Shown piece after piece: positions 25,173 to 37,275 of a stretch of 64,000 bases of DNA. The notes beneath the pieces were generated by a model that worked only from the letters and a program-made list of their open reading frames with translations, did not search any database and had not been told where the DNA came from. Each line of letters begins with the position of its first letter. The stretch's first letter is position 1. Source of the stretch: Blasia pusilla (lineage: Eukaryota); NCBI GenBank assembly GCA_050084515.1, contig CM114271.1, forward strand, positions 2,914,001 through 2,978,000, written 5' to 3'. The translations under genes and the position numbers were made by a program.

Positions 25173-26595
25173 ATGGATCCAGTCTTTTTATCGTTCACAT
25201 TCGGCGGGACGAATCAAGACGCGACGATTTCAGGTGTGAGTAACAAACAGCTTTCGATCAGGATTCCAGGAAATAGTTCATTGGCCTATAGGTTTTAGAA
25301 TTCGATGATCTGTCGCTAACAACCATGTGTCTGCACTGAACTTGGGTTTAATATATAGGAGATGATTCTTTGACAAAGACTCCGTGCAACCGCGTGGACC
25401 GCCAAAATCATGAATTGGCTGGCCCGGATGAAACGGCACTCTCGGCCCCTACTGTAAATGGAGTTGCATCACCGGCAATAACGACCGAGATCGAGGGATT
25501 TGCGGGCCCGGTTAAATTCGAGGTTCGTACGTGTAGAGCGTAATTGATGTCGAATGTTTAGTTAGCTCAAAGGTACGTACATATTCGTCGTGTCACAAGT
25601 TCGGATAGATTCTATGGTTTTAGGATTTAGATAACCGGGATGAGAATGATAGCGCTCACGATATTGAATCACGAAGTCGGCCAGCATCTCATATCATCTG
25701 ATACGAACTTGACACTGTCCGTCTCCAGCAGCCCCCGACAATTCGGTGTCTACCTACCGATCTGGATTTGGAACACAAGCTACAGGATCCCGTTGTTTTT
25801 CCACAGACTCGGACGCACGAGTCATTCTACAACTTGCTCGGGCCGCAGTACAAGCCTTTCCGCGGAGAGGAGGATTTCGTGTTCAAGATTCTCCAACAAT
25901 CCACGCCAATCGAAGTGTTAGCACCAACTTCGTCTAGCCATTCTTCTCCTCATCGGGGAGGCTCCTCATCCGATGATAAACGGAAGCGGGTGGAAGAAGA
26001 GGGGCCCGGATCTCTTCCTCCTCCTCCTCCTCCCGCGAAAAAAACCGTTTGCGAAAACAAGTGTAAGCAGCTCGGGGAGGTTTTGATGCACTATCCAGTC
26101 GAGCTTCACTGCGACTCGCTTAAGCTTCCAAAACTATATAGGGAAAGTAGATTTTTTCATAGCTCCGAACGAGCGAGAAATTTTGAGTTAAGATTCAATG
26201 CGTTGAAAGATCGATTGTGGCCGAAGTCTGATATGACGAGGTCACTTAATTCGCAATCCATTATCGTATCGGCAGAAGAGATGATTGCAACTCTCCGCCA
26301 TTGGCATGCTACCCTAGACTTGGATAACAAATCCAGCACCACAATCGCCATGCACATATACCGGAGGCGAGCTCGCACACTGGAGAGCGATGCTGCGTGG
26401 TACAGAGTGCGCGGCACGCATATGACTTTATTGCTAGCGGTCTCGTTGTGGGTGGCGGTCAAATTGGTTGACAATATTCGAAAAATTCCTAGAGCTTCGG
26501 TGATGGCCAAGACCGCCGGTGTCTCGGCGGGTGCACTGATCGCCAACGAAGTGCCGCTTCTCGATGCACTTCGGTGGAATTTGATGCAGTATTAA
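25173..26595 (+). CDS. Putative two-exon gene (~308 aa) with one divergent C-terminal cyclin-box-like domain; exons 25173-25235 and 25729/25732-26595
   Basis: ATG GAT CCA...TCA GGT|gtgagt phase-0 donor; in-frame acceptor ctccag(cag); uninterrupted ORF ending LLLAVSLWVAVKLVDN...AKTAGVSAGALIANEVPLLDALRWNL, like cyclin-box helices 3-5; (TA)n/TATA-like tract at 25066-25083. Confidence 0.65.
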
Positions 26596-27434
26596 TCAGT
26601 CCAAGAACATTAGCGTGAAAAGTTGCAATCCAATGCAACTCCCCCGGTGTCTCTCGAGTACATACAGAGAAACTACTGTCTGCAGATGATATGGTGGATT
26701 TATGTGTGATTCAGGAACTGTATCCAACTGCATCAAATAGAGTAAGAACACAACTGGAGAAGTTTTTCTGCTCGGATTCATATGTATGAAGAGAGCGCAC
26801 AAGCTTGATTATGCATAGATCTGAGAGAAGATTAGAAATGAATCCATTCCCATCGGCTAATAGCTTTAGCTCACCCATGGGTTACCGGGCTCACGACAGC
26901 ACCGTCGTATCCACAGACGCACTTGTAGAAAACTTCTAGTGAACAGGTGAATCAATGTTGACAATCCCATTGAACACCCCTAGATAGGTGTTATGAATCC
27001 AAATGTAGAATCTGTGGTAGCTACAGAGGAGCAGTGTTCCACATACAGCAATTTATGACACAACCGCATTACTCCATTAGGTGTCATGGAAACGTGGAGA
27101 TTTTTTATATAAGGATCACAAATCAATTTTCATTACATTGCAGGATACTTCTACGAACAGTTGGTCAGAATTCCATCAAAATGATAATTACACTGATTTC
27201 CAGGTACGTCGTGAAAGTATTAACTTCGTAGAGTTCAGATCTTTAAACTTGTCCACAATAAGTCAGTCGCACACTTGGTAAACTGCTTTATGTACAATTG
27301 CAACTCCCCCGGTGTCTCTCGACAAGATTTGACGATCTACAAGCACGATTTATGTAGATTGCACTACAAGCACAATGCGCATGCTGCCTACGATGCAATC
27401 CTTGATTAATCACTTGTGACACACAATCTATTGT

Positions 27435-30400
27435 TTAGGCAGCCGGAGATGAACGAGGGCCGGTTGCACTGTCAGCGCCCAAAGGTGTTGAGGCAGAGAG
27501 TCGCATATGCGCACCTGCATATTATCAACGACAAATTCTTATCATAAATTTTGTTTTGAGTGTTTCGAATTGTAGCTTTGAAAACGCCAAGACTGACTGA
27601 TCTATGCTTCGTTCCACTGGGAAAATATAATTTACCAGTCTCACAGTGGACTTCTAGACTTCGAAAGCACGAAAATGCCAAATACCTTTCTGTAACCATT
27701 CCCTCAATGCCGTATATGCTAATAAAAAATCTTCTCAATTTCGCGGATTTTTCAACAAGATTATTGTCATCAAGAGTGAATGAACGGAGCTTATTCTTAA
27801 TCTGTCGAAACGCATTAAGTACCTGTGGGTGATGAAGTGGGCGTATATTCCTCTCCGTCGTTGACAGGTTTCTTCGCTCCTCCGAAAAATGACGAAACCG
27901 CATCAGTAACTCGACTGACTACTGTCGGAGAGCTTTGCGGATTTGAAGTGGTGATATTTGCTCCAAAATTCGAATCCAATTGTTGGGACACAGGCACGTC
28001 TGACGAAGGCTCGAGCAAACCTGAAGGCGGAGCGTTGGTTGGTACAGAGGTAGTAGTAGTACCAAATCCCAATTTCTGTGTTAAGAGAGTCGGCAGATTT
28101 CCCACAGATTCTGTCACTATCTGTGCAAGATCTTTGTCATGTTCATCGGGGTTAACCCTGGCCACAAAAGCATCTTTAGTTTGATGTACTGAGTCAGCTG
28201 CTTTCTGAGCGACAGGTTTCGGCTCTGATGGAAGAGACTGATCTGGCTCACTTGGCTTGTTGCCAGCCCAGTCGTTCAACCCGGTACTGCCAGTCGTTTG
28301 CGTTACACGTTCGGTGGTGGGTTTCGATTCTCCGAAGATGCTCGAGGAGTCGGGAGAATTTGTGGGAGTAACCGCGGCATAGCCAAGCTTGCTAGCAACA
28401 GTGTCTTTGACACGAACTGCCGTATCCATCAGATTTTCGGTCTGGGATTTCTGGTCCGTCGAAGAAGTCGACCTTGCCGTGTGTGGAGGATTGTCAACGC
28501 GGTCTCCTGCTGCTGTCGATGAGCCCAGCCCTATTGAGCTTGCGATCGAATCTTTCCAACGCATCCCGGATTCTAGCATCTTCTGCGTCGTGGAATTCTG
28601 GTCACTGGTCTCGACCGTAGGTGCTTTTGACGAGTTCAGGGAACGATCATAGTCTATGTCCGTCGTCCCCGATTTACTATCCTCTGCACCGGCCCCGGCG
28701 TTTCTTCCCAAGATAGTATCATAAGCCTTTTGTGCATAGGATTGCCCCTCTGGAACGCCAGCAGTTTCAGCTGCATGGTTTTTCGTACCAACGAAAGCAT
28801 CGTATGCGGTTTGTCCCTGCGGCGTAGTATTGGTGTTAGTCGCAGAGTTTGTCGAATAGTCCACATCTCCAGGAGCCTTCTCAATTGATCCAACGATTGA
28901 ATCTTGAGGTTTATGGGAGTAAGAGTCTCCCGATGGAGTGACAATGCTGTTCTCGGTCTGCCCTGGAGTCTCTGATCCAGGTCCAAGTGAGGGAGCGGCC
29001 TCTGTGATTTTTCCCTTCGTGTAGTTTACATTGTCAGCTACCCATTGAGACCATGTCTTGCCCTGCTCACCGGATTGATTTGCGTCGTAGGTAGAAGAAG
29101 GTTCCGTCCCGCTTGAATGATCTGGGCCCCCAGCGGAACTGTCGTAATCTTTGTACATACCGACCTTCTGTCCAAGACCAGCAGCGGCATCTGTTAAACC
29201 CTCGTATGCCCTCTGATGAACTGGTTTCTGCTCGCTTGAGGCCGAATAATCGAAGCTGGACTGCTGCTCCTTGTTGGAACCTTCACGGAAATCTTCAAGC
29301 TCCGCATCCTTCGGCCCTGTCCAAGAATCAGTAGCCTGCGCAGAACACAAACTCCGTGAGTTTGAATTCCAAGCACGCTTAGTCCGTCCAACCCAGACGA
29401 AACTCATCAAAATCACAGCCTTCCACAATACTATACGCCGTCAGTACCTACATAAACCAAATTCTAATGGAAACGCCATGAGAAACGCGGAATTTATACA
29501 ATTACATACCTCTCGGGTGTCAGGGAGCGGAACTCCGGCATTTTGACCATAAGAAAATCCGCTGCCTGAGTCTTGATTTTTGAGCGGAACTCCGGCATTT
29601 GAACCATAAGAAAATCCTCTGCCTGCGTCTTGATTTTTGAGAGGTCCGCTTTTATTCTCGGATTCATCCAATGAATTGTACTTCTGGTTACTCCCAGTCA
29701 GTGAGTTATGGGGTGTAACAATAGCCCCCTCACGAACAGAATTCCTACTTTCTGACCTTCGGGAATCACTGAACGATCCGTCTGAACTCTCGAAGGGGAT
29801 TTTCGCAGCTCCTTCTTCGAGATTTCCGCTATGGTGAGGTGAGTACGACGAGTCCACTCCAGTTCCAAAAGCTTTAGAGGTCGACAGAAGAGGTGTAATA
29901 CCTGTGAACTGTTCTCCTGCTAGACCACATCCAACGAATCCTCAGATCAAGTTTATGTGGATGGATCACAATCGGATGCTTCCACAATTTACGACTGCCA
30001 CTACGATGAAGATACCTCCTACTCCACCAACTAAAAGAACACTCCGAAAGGGTTCGCATTATGGTTACGAATCCAACGTCTGCACGCCCAAATACGTGGA
30101 GCCTACATTGTTGAGGGTGTACTTACCCCCGACAGCTGGAACATGTTCTCGGCTTTCATCACTCAATTTGGTCACCGAGTCTGTTGACATGGCGGCAGCG
30201 GGATCCCTGTTGAAATAGTTGTACTCGGTAGGTACTGCCTGCTCGACACCTGGTGGTCCGTCGCTCTTGTACTGAGACAAAGGAACAGCAGCCGACGCGG
30301 TTGCGCTGGGCGACTCGGCCGAAGGAGCTTCTCCACCCAATCCCACTTTGGACGACTCTGGGCTGTCGAGCAATCCGAATTTGCGATTCTCATGGGTGAT

Positions 30401-30970
30401 ATCCGGCGAATTTCCTTCAAACCCTGCAGACGAACCATAGTGTTAAGAATTACCCTCTGGACTGTGAGATCAAAACGCAAATTACCGATGTGCATCAAAC
30501 ATGAATCACAAGTACAAGTTCGGAGCTGCGAAGGACTCGAGGACTCACCAGAGCTAGCTGAGTCATGACCCTCTGGAAGTGCGTTGCTTAGCGTAGTATA
30601 TGGCGTCTGCAATTCAACATGGGCAATTTATGACTGAAATCCCTGGAAAAGTGCACTTTCAATGATGGGAATGTAAATCGCTAGCTTAACAATCGTAATT
30701 TAGCTCACATGAGTGAAGGCGTTTTGCAAAGGGCATCGGGCAAACCTCTTGTGAATCTTCGTCATCGTCTGATTCGGAAAAACTGCCGCTGTCATCAGCA
30801 TGCTTTTCTCCAGTTGCAGATTCAGATTGGGATCCGGGTTTCACCTTCCCCTTCAATTTCCTGACCTTGTCCTTCGCCTTGGCCTTGACCTTCCCGAAGA
30901 ATGAGGGCTTCTTCTCGGTGACGTTATCTAAACTAGTATCCATATGTCGATAAGACTCCTCGGTCGTCAT
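27435..30970 (-). CDS. LTI65/LTI78 (RD29)/CAP160-like hydrophilic dehydration/cold-stress protein; exons ~30970-30746, 30606-30516, 30423-30127, 29917-29509, 29335-27823, optional 27514-27435
   Basis: Family motifs KKPSFFGKVKAKAKDKVRKLK, ITPLLSTSKAF, VKDTVASKLGY, PDEHDKDLAQIVTES and VVSRVTDAVSSFFGG. GT-AG introns with consistent phases. Ser/Thr/Gly/Asp-rich. Confidence 0.85.
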
Positions 30971-32317
30971 TCCTGTAGATCTCTCTCCTACAAGGATCCA
31001 CAAATCATGTACATAATGAGCACCAACACCTCTCAAGTCAAGTCCCGAGATTCTTCTTCGACTACAAACCCTCCAAAACCTTGATTCCAGATGGAATGTG
31101 CTCCCGACTTCTCCCAACGTTGTCGATCTCAGGGGGGGTTAACTACTGATGGCCCTTTGTGACGAAGTGATTGAGCGACTCTCCCATCTTTTCCAAACAA
31201 TTTCGAAGTTTCAGAAACATTTGGGCCAACCTCTCAAAAGACCTTGAGCTCGTCTTCCACACTACTTCAGCCCCATCCTCTCTCCTTCTCTCTATCTCGA
31301 GCTCGTTATCATCGGTGGGGGCTTAGAGGTCGATGATCGCTGGCGATGATAGTCCGTACGTCCCGCCTGAGCATTACGCTGTGTACACTGAAACTTGGAT
31401 CTATTGAGCTCTGAAATTTAGGACTTCCACCTAAACCTATCAAGTCCTTGAGTCATAAATTGTATCGGGGAGATGACTACCAATTGCAAACTGCGCACAC
31501 ACCGAAGGGTTTCATAGACCCGCTTTGTACTTCCAGTGCTAGAAAACCGAATTACAAATAGTAAATGAAAAGCTCTCGTTCGTTCGTACATCATCTAACA
31601 AAGCGAAACTTTTCTGCATATGGAGCTGGAGTAAACAGTTTCAGCCACAACAAGTACAACACTAGCAAACCATCTCCATGCATCGTCGCTCGATCACACG
31701 ACGTGACTCGAAATGTGTCCACTTCCTTCCTTCCCCCCATTCCCCCACTGGCAGCACAATTCTCCAGACACAACCTGGCAACTATGAACCAATCAATCTA
31801 GAAGGCACTAGAGTTTCCCACCTGCTGTTAAGCCGACTGCTTGAAGCGTATGCGTTCCTTCGCTCGGGTCGTAAACTTGGCTCATTCCTTCTCGTCGGAG
31901 GCAGTAGGAAGCAAGCAGTCACTTCGATTGAGGCTTCAGTGTGACCTCACGGGGTATTAAATCTCTTGGGGCCCCATACCGGTGAGAGAATTACGGACAG
32001 ACCCAAAGCCAGCTGGATCTCTAAGCGACAGGAAGAATGTCAAGCTCAAGACACCTGTCAACATTTCGGGGATTCAACCGTCCGTTCTCGTGGGCGTGCA
32101 AGCGGCAGCTTCCGCATTGGCGTGTCCCATGCGATGATGGCAGGTCTGAATGAATGAAGGAAGCTATTTTACAACTAAGACGGCCATACAGACGGATTAT
32201 CGGGAAGCACTATACCGGTGAGCGAGAGCAGTGAAGTTGTGAACACTGGACATCTCGTGGCAGGTGGCTTGTCCATCCACCTGTAACGTTTTCGATGGGT
32301 ACAGCATCATGCAAAGT

Positions 32318-32437
32318 GCTTATATACACGTGTTAGATTCCAGCGACGGTGTTATGCACTGTCAGCATCCTCTTCGTATGTCGCACCAGGCCACACTTCC
32401 GGATCGATGACACGTGTTCGAGAACTAGGCACGTGTC
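32318..32437 (-). promoter_or_regulatory. Cluster of three G-box/ABRE elements plus a TATA-like box upstream of the LTI65-like gene
   Basis: ACACGTGT 32326-32333, GACACGTGT 32409-32417, GCACGTGTC 32429-32437; TATATAAG on the minus strand at ~32319-32326. A 5'UTR intron acceptor lies just before the ATG (~30973). Confidence 0.6.
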
Positions 32438-33726
32438 AACCCAGAAGGGTCAGTAAGAATACGGGTCGTTGGGACGCCCACATTCCTTTTCCAAGCCGCG
32501 ATCCGTAGGACCGGAATCCATGGGACGAGTTGCCCCTCGTGTGTGCCAGCTCATGCCGAATTGCCAATCGTTGAGGATCTAAGGGTCAAAATTGAAGGAT
32601 CCTAACTGAACCCAGTGTGCGGCCCCATTAAGAAATTCGTGTAGGAAGAGATTGTGAGTTTAGGTGAATTGGAACACTTGTGGATAGGCCATGAAAGAGG
32701 AAAGAAACCCGTAAATTGCTGTAATCGTAGAGGATCTAATGGTCAGAATTGAAGGAATCGAAACGCAATGCCCAGTTAGCGACCGTGAATTGAAAATTTG
32801 CTCCATGAGCTATTAGCTCCACGTCTTTGACTCGTTCATACGCAGTGCACTTGAAGACGGACTCCTACGATCTAATGAAGGAATGAACCAGTTTTGAGTT
32901 TGGAGAAGACGGAGAGTATCACGGCGTGCACCAATAACGGGGAGAAGAGAGATAAAAGGGGAAGTAACATTGCACGGAGAACAGAGCTGACATTTCTGTT
33001 TATTCTAACGTCGGTGTAGAGGGCACTACAACAGGTCTGGGAATTAATTAACATGGAGTGAGTTAAAATGTTTTTATCAAGGTCACATCTCGCGATTAAA
33101 AAGTCACTTGCCAAGTAGCTTTCATTATGCAGCCTATGCACTCCGGATGGACTCCCCCAAAATGCCACCAAAAGTATATGTGGCAAGAGGAAAGAGACAA
33201 GCTATTATTACGGCCTAGTAGTAGGGGTTGTAACAATGATCCGCTATTTAGGCACACAGGTGGACATTTACCGCTTAAAGAATACTTAATTTAAGTATTG
33301 TGTTTCCATCGTGAATAGCTTGGTCCACTATTCACATTGGTCTACTATGCAAATAAGTGAGTTATGCCAAGTAAAAAATTAACAATGAAAAACCGAGGCA
33401 AGACCAACCATGAAATATGTATGGAATGCATGAAATGGGAAAGTCGAGGCTCGTTGGGAGTTGGAAGAGTCCATATGGGTAGAACTAGTCATAAGGCTTG
33501 TCACCACGAGTGCCATGGGAGTGGGGGGCTAATATCCATGTTTGGGTTCAGGGCCATAAGGCCGATAACCATCAGCTCTCAACCTTAGAACCTAGCTAGG
33601 AGGTTGTATGAGCTCCAAATGGGGAGCCCCAAGAGATCCCCATAAAAACTTACAATTCCTCGTCTCTCTATGAGATGATAAATTGATAGAATCTCTTGGG
33701 TAAGTTGGATTTTCCCCTATAAGTTC

Positions 33727-33728
<2 letters not shown>

Positions 33729-33782
<54 letters not shown>
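33729..33782. repeat. (CT)n microsatellite, continuing after the LINE at ~35639-35651
   Basis: About 26 CT units directly before the LINE and a short CT run directly after its tail. Confidence 0.95.
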
Positions 33783-33784
<2 letters not shown>

Positions 33785-35638
33785 GGTAAGCTCCCTCATT
33801 GCCAAGTTGTACGGGCTACTGCTGGAAAGGAAAATCAGCAACCGGGCTGAAGAAAAGAAGGTGTGAGCCAGAGGACAAGCAGGTTTTCGACACTCACATA
33901 GCACCCTCGATCTCCTTCTCACACTCTGAGTCCTGATTGAAGAAACTTCCAAGTTGAGAATTGATCACAAGTCGGGTAAATTGTTCTGCTGTTTTGTAGA
34001 CTTCAAGAAGGCATCTCACACAGTCCCAAGGGCACTTCTTTGGAAATGACTTGAAGAGTTGGATGTCCCACCACAACAACTTACAAAAATCAAGGTCTTA
34101 TATGCTCAAGCGTTAGCACCAATTGCCACTAAGAGGGGCAAATCTGAAACTTTATCCTCCAACACCGGAGTCAAACAAGGATGCCCCCTCTCACCTATAT
34201 TGCTTGGCCTCTACATTGACGAACTTGAAGAGGTGCTCTCTGGAGTGAATGGAGCTCCACCAGAGCTAGCACACTGCCTCATCCCCCTGTTGTTGTATGT
34301 AGATGATATAGTTCTCATGTCTAGAACAGCACATGGGCTCCAACTTTACCTGAATGCACTATCAAGCTTGTGCAACAGGTAAAGTTGCACAAGCTTGCTG
34401 AAAATGAAGATAAACATCTTTGGATCACAGCTCCCTACAGCATAGCGGTCACACACTTTCACCTTCAGCCAAGGACTGAGAAGGAAGACTATTGAGATTT
34501 TGGGTGAGTACATATACCTGGGGGTGCAACTCAAACCCAACAACCAATGGGAGTCGCAACAAGATCAATGCAAGCTTGAGGGGTCTACACCTGCTGCAAT
34601 CCAATTGCAGAAGAATGGAACTCTGGCATATTCCATAGAAAATCCATCTCTTCAAAGCTCTGGTGATCCCAGCCACACTCTATGCATTTGAGGTATGAGG
34701 CCCCATCCCCAAGGCTTGGCCCCAAGGCCTTTAGGTCCCCCAGAAAATCTCCTTGAGTGAGAGCCCGGGCATTAGGAAAACCACTCCCCACGACATTCTA
34801 CTAGCTAAGTTTGGGGAGGTCCCAAAGGAGATCCATGCGGTTAAGAATCTGATCACATTTCTCCAACACCTTGAGGATATCTGCGAGGACAATCCCAATC
34901 GTCTATCTACCAGGGCCTATGTGGTTTCAAAAATTAGTGCCACCCTTGGAGCTAAAAATGGTACTATGACTGCAAGGAGTGGCTCATGAAATGGGGAGTC
35001 TCCATCGACAACCTGCCTACAGCCACCCACTAGGACCTTGCTGAACAATTACACAGCAATTACATTTCCATCAACCAGGGAAACCAGCGTCTCTAGGAAA
35101 GCAGAGGGAATACATCTCACAAAAATGGTGAAAGAATGAGGGGCTACCACACCCTTATGAACACTTGCAGATCCATGCAGCAAGCCTCTCACATCTCTGC
35201 CCCCATTCCCACTAAGTTATGTCATACATTAGCGAGATTAAGATGTGGCCCTATTGACCTTGAGATTGAGAAAGGAAAATTCTCACTAAATGAAAGGGAG
35301 GACAAATTATGTAGATTTTGCAACGTGGGGCTTATTGATGATGAACATCATTACCTCTTCGACTGCACCTTTCATAATCACATTAGGCTTGACTTCCCGG
35401 ATCTCTTTGATCACCCGGATCCCAAGGTCCCCTCATTCATGGCTAGGCAGAATCAGATTTAGATTGCTAAATTCTTGCAAAGTTGTGTGAAGACTAGGGA
35501 CACTCACCTGGCTTAAAGGACCTCTTAGGCCCTTGCTGGTGCTTGATTTCTCTCCAAAATTTTTGTCTCAAAACTAAGTCCATGGACCTGTGGGATCCCC
35601 GTGGACAATAAATATATTCATTCATTCATTCATTCATT
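33783..35638 (+). mobile_element. 5'-truncated non-LTR retrotransposon (RTE/RTEX-like LINE), disrupted
   Basis: RT motifs GQAGFR, CFVDFKKA, GVKQGCPLSP, LLYVDD, YIYLG; C-terminal LARLRCG..LEIEKG...CRFCNVGLIDDEHHYLFDC zinc knuckle; (CATT)n 3' tail at ~35616-35638. Confidence 0.9.
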
Positions 35639-36051
35639 CTCTCTCTCTCTCCTTTTCATTGGGAATTTCAAGCCAACTAGAGCTTCTATTTTATATGTTT
35701 CAAGTTATAAGCTCATATACTATTTTAGGAATACATTGAGTCACTTGAGCGGGTGGGAAAGGAGAGTGCCCCCGCCTTAAGGGTCTCATGCCTTTATTTC
35801 CTCACCTTATCCTCACAACTCGCAAGTAGGTATGCCCCTTTCTTGTCTAAGGCTAGTTTGAAGGCGTGTGTATGTCTCACATAGCATTAGTCTTGATACT
35901 GGTTTTTCCTTCGTTCCTAGTCTCTTGACTAGCTCATATATGTTTCAATTTTGGTGGGTCAGGCCAAGATCTTTCAATTCTTCCTTAGACATACAATCAT
36001 GACTAGCTTCCTGCATGCCCTTTAGCATGAGCATCATAGATTTAGCTATTT

Positions 36052-36178
36052 GCTTAGCCCACACCGGGTGCCCGCTACAGGTTTGGCGGGCTGCAGGGGT
36101 AGGCTCGGATGCAGGCTACGGGTACCCGAGTGGCATGTCCGTCCCATGGATGGACTTTTCTGTTTCCATGTAACCTTG
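36052..36178. mobile_element. Terminal fragment of the same hAT-type MITE family
   Basis: Ends GGACTTTTCTGTTTCCATGTAACCTTG, matching the MITE ends near 39650 and the reverse complement of 12692. Confidence 0.7.
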
Positions 36179-36539
36179 CCATCACATTCTCCTAAAAAAA
36201 GGACTCTTTATGACAAAACCTCACACAATGTCATAATAGTACATATCGAGTGTCGCCGGTGTTTTTTGTTGCAAGTAAGCATAGTCTACCTTAAGAAACC
36301 TTTGGCTTCTTCGTCGATAGCCTTCTCCCTAAATAGTCACATACTAGAACATGTCACGATGTTGTGTTATAGCCAAGTTCTCGAATGTCATAAACCTGTC
36401 TCTAAAAAATATCTCAATGTGTTAAGAAAATGCTCACACCTACACATGATGGTCATAAAGATTTGACACCTCATCAATAGCAGAATGAATGGTCAGAGGT
36501 AAATCAGGCTATTGTCCATAGAGCAAAAACCAATGTGAA

Positions 36540-37275
36540 AAGCATTCTAATGATGCTTTCCTACTAAACCTATAGTCCATCGCCAACCATGGCGCGCAAC
36601 TATAGGTCCCACTCTCCTAGTCCTAGGTGATGTCTCTACAAGTCATACTTGCATAAACCCCTCTTTGCTATTTGTAAAACTCACTATCCTAAACCATTTG
36701 CCTAACGATGATCTTGCGATATTATATGATGATCACTAAGTGCTAGATAATACAAGGCTTGGAACTCCCTACAAAATTCGGTGCTTTGGTCTATCAACAC
36801 CTCTACCGGTCCTCTATAAACACAAACACACAAGATATCATACCCACTCATGGCATATGAACATCGAGATGATCGTATGCCAAAAGATCTCAAATAAATC
36901 AAGATCACTCAAATAATGCACACAAACTCCATTTTTCTCTCATGTCAAACCAAACCCACCCTCCTAATGACATGCTTGGATTACTCACAAAGAAAAAAGG
37001 ACCATAGTTCCGCCGTCTCATGCCAAGAGGTTTAACAAAGAGAGAATGAGCTCCAAAGCTCTTTGGGTATAGGCCCTTCCTCTCCCGAGCTCTCTCCATG
37101 GTAACCTATGCTTGCACATCACCTCCTTAGCTCTTAACTTGCTATAAGGAGTCCAAAGCCACTTCTCAAAGTGGAATCTCAACTATACTCCTAATAAAAA
37201 AACTTAACAAAAATAGCAAGTTTCTCTACATAGATCCAAATGAGCCAAGACAAAGGAGAAATCTTCTCTCTTAGG
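36540..37275 (-). mobile_element. Third fragment of the Gypsy family: partial LTR (~36815-37275) joined to an integrase fragment (~36540-36815)
   Basis: Minus strand GPVEVLIDQSTEFCREFQAL...EWDL*..PWLAMDYRFSRKASL matches the copy-B integrase. 36815-37275 is the reverse-complement homologue of the solo LTR at 45019-45657. Confidence 0.8.

Noticed and set aside
33229-36000. LTR-like sequence hosting the LINE
   Set aside because: A purine tract followed by TGTAAC at ~33229 is suggestive, but no matching end, TSD or second LTR could be defined.
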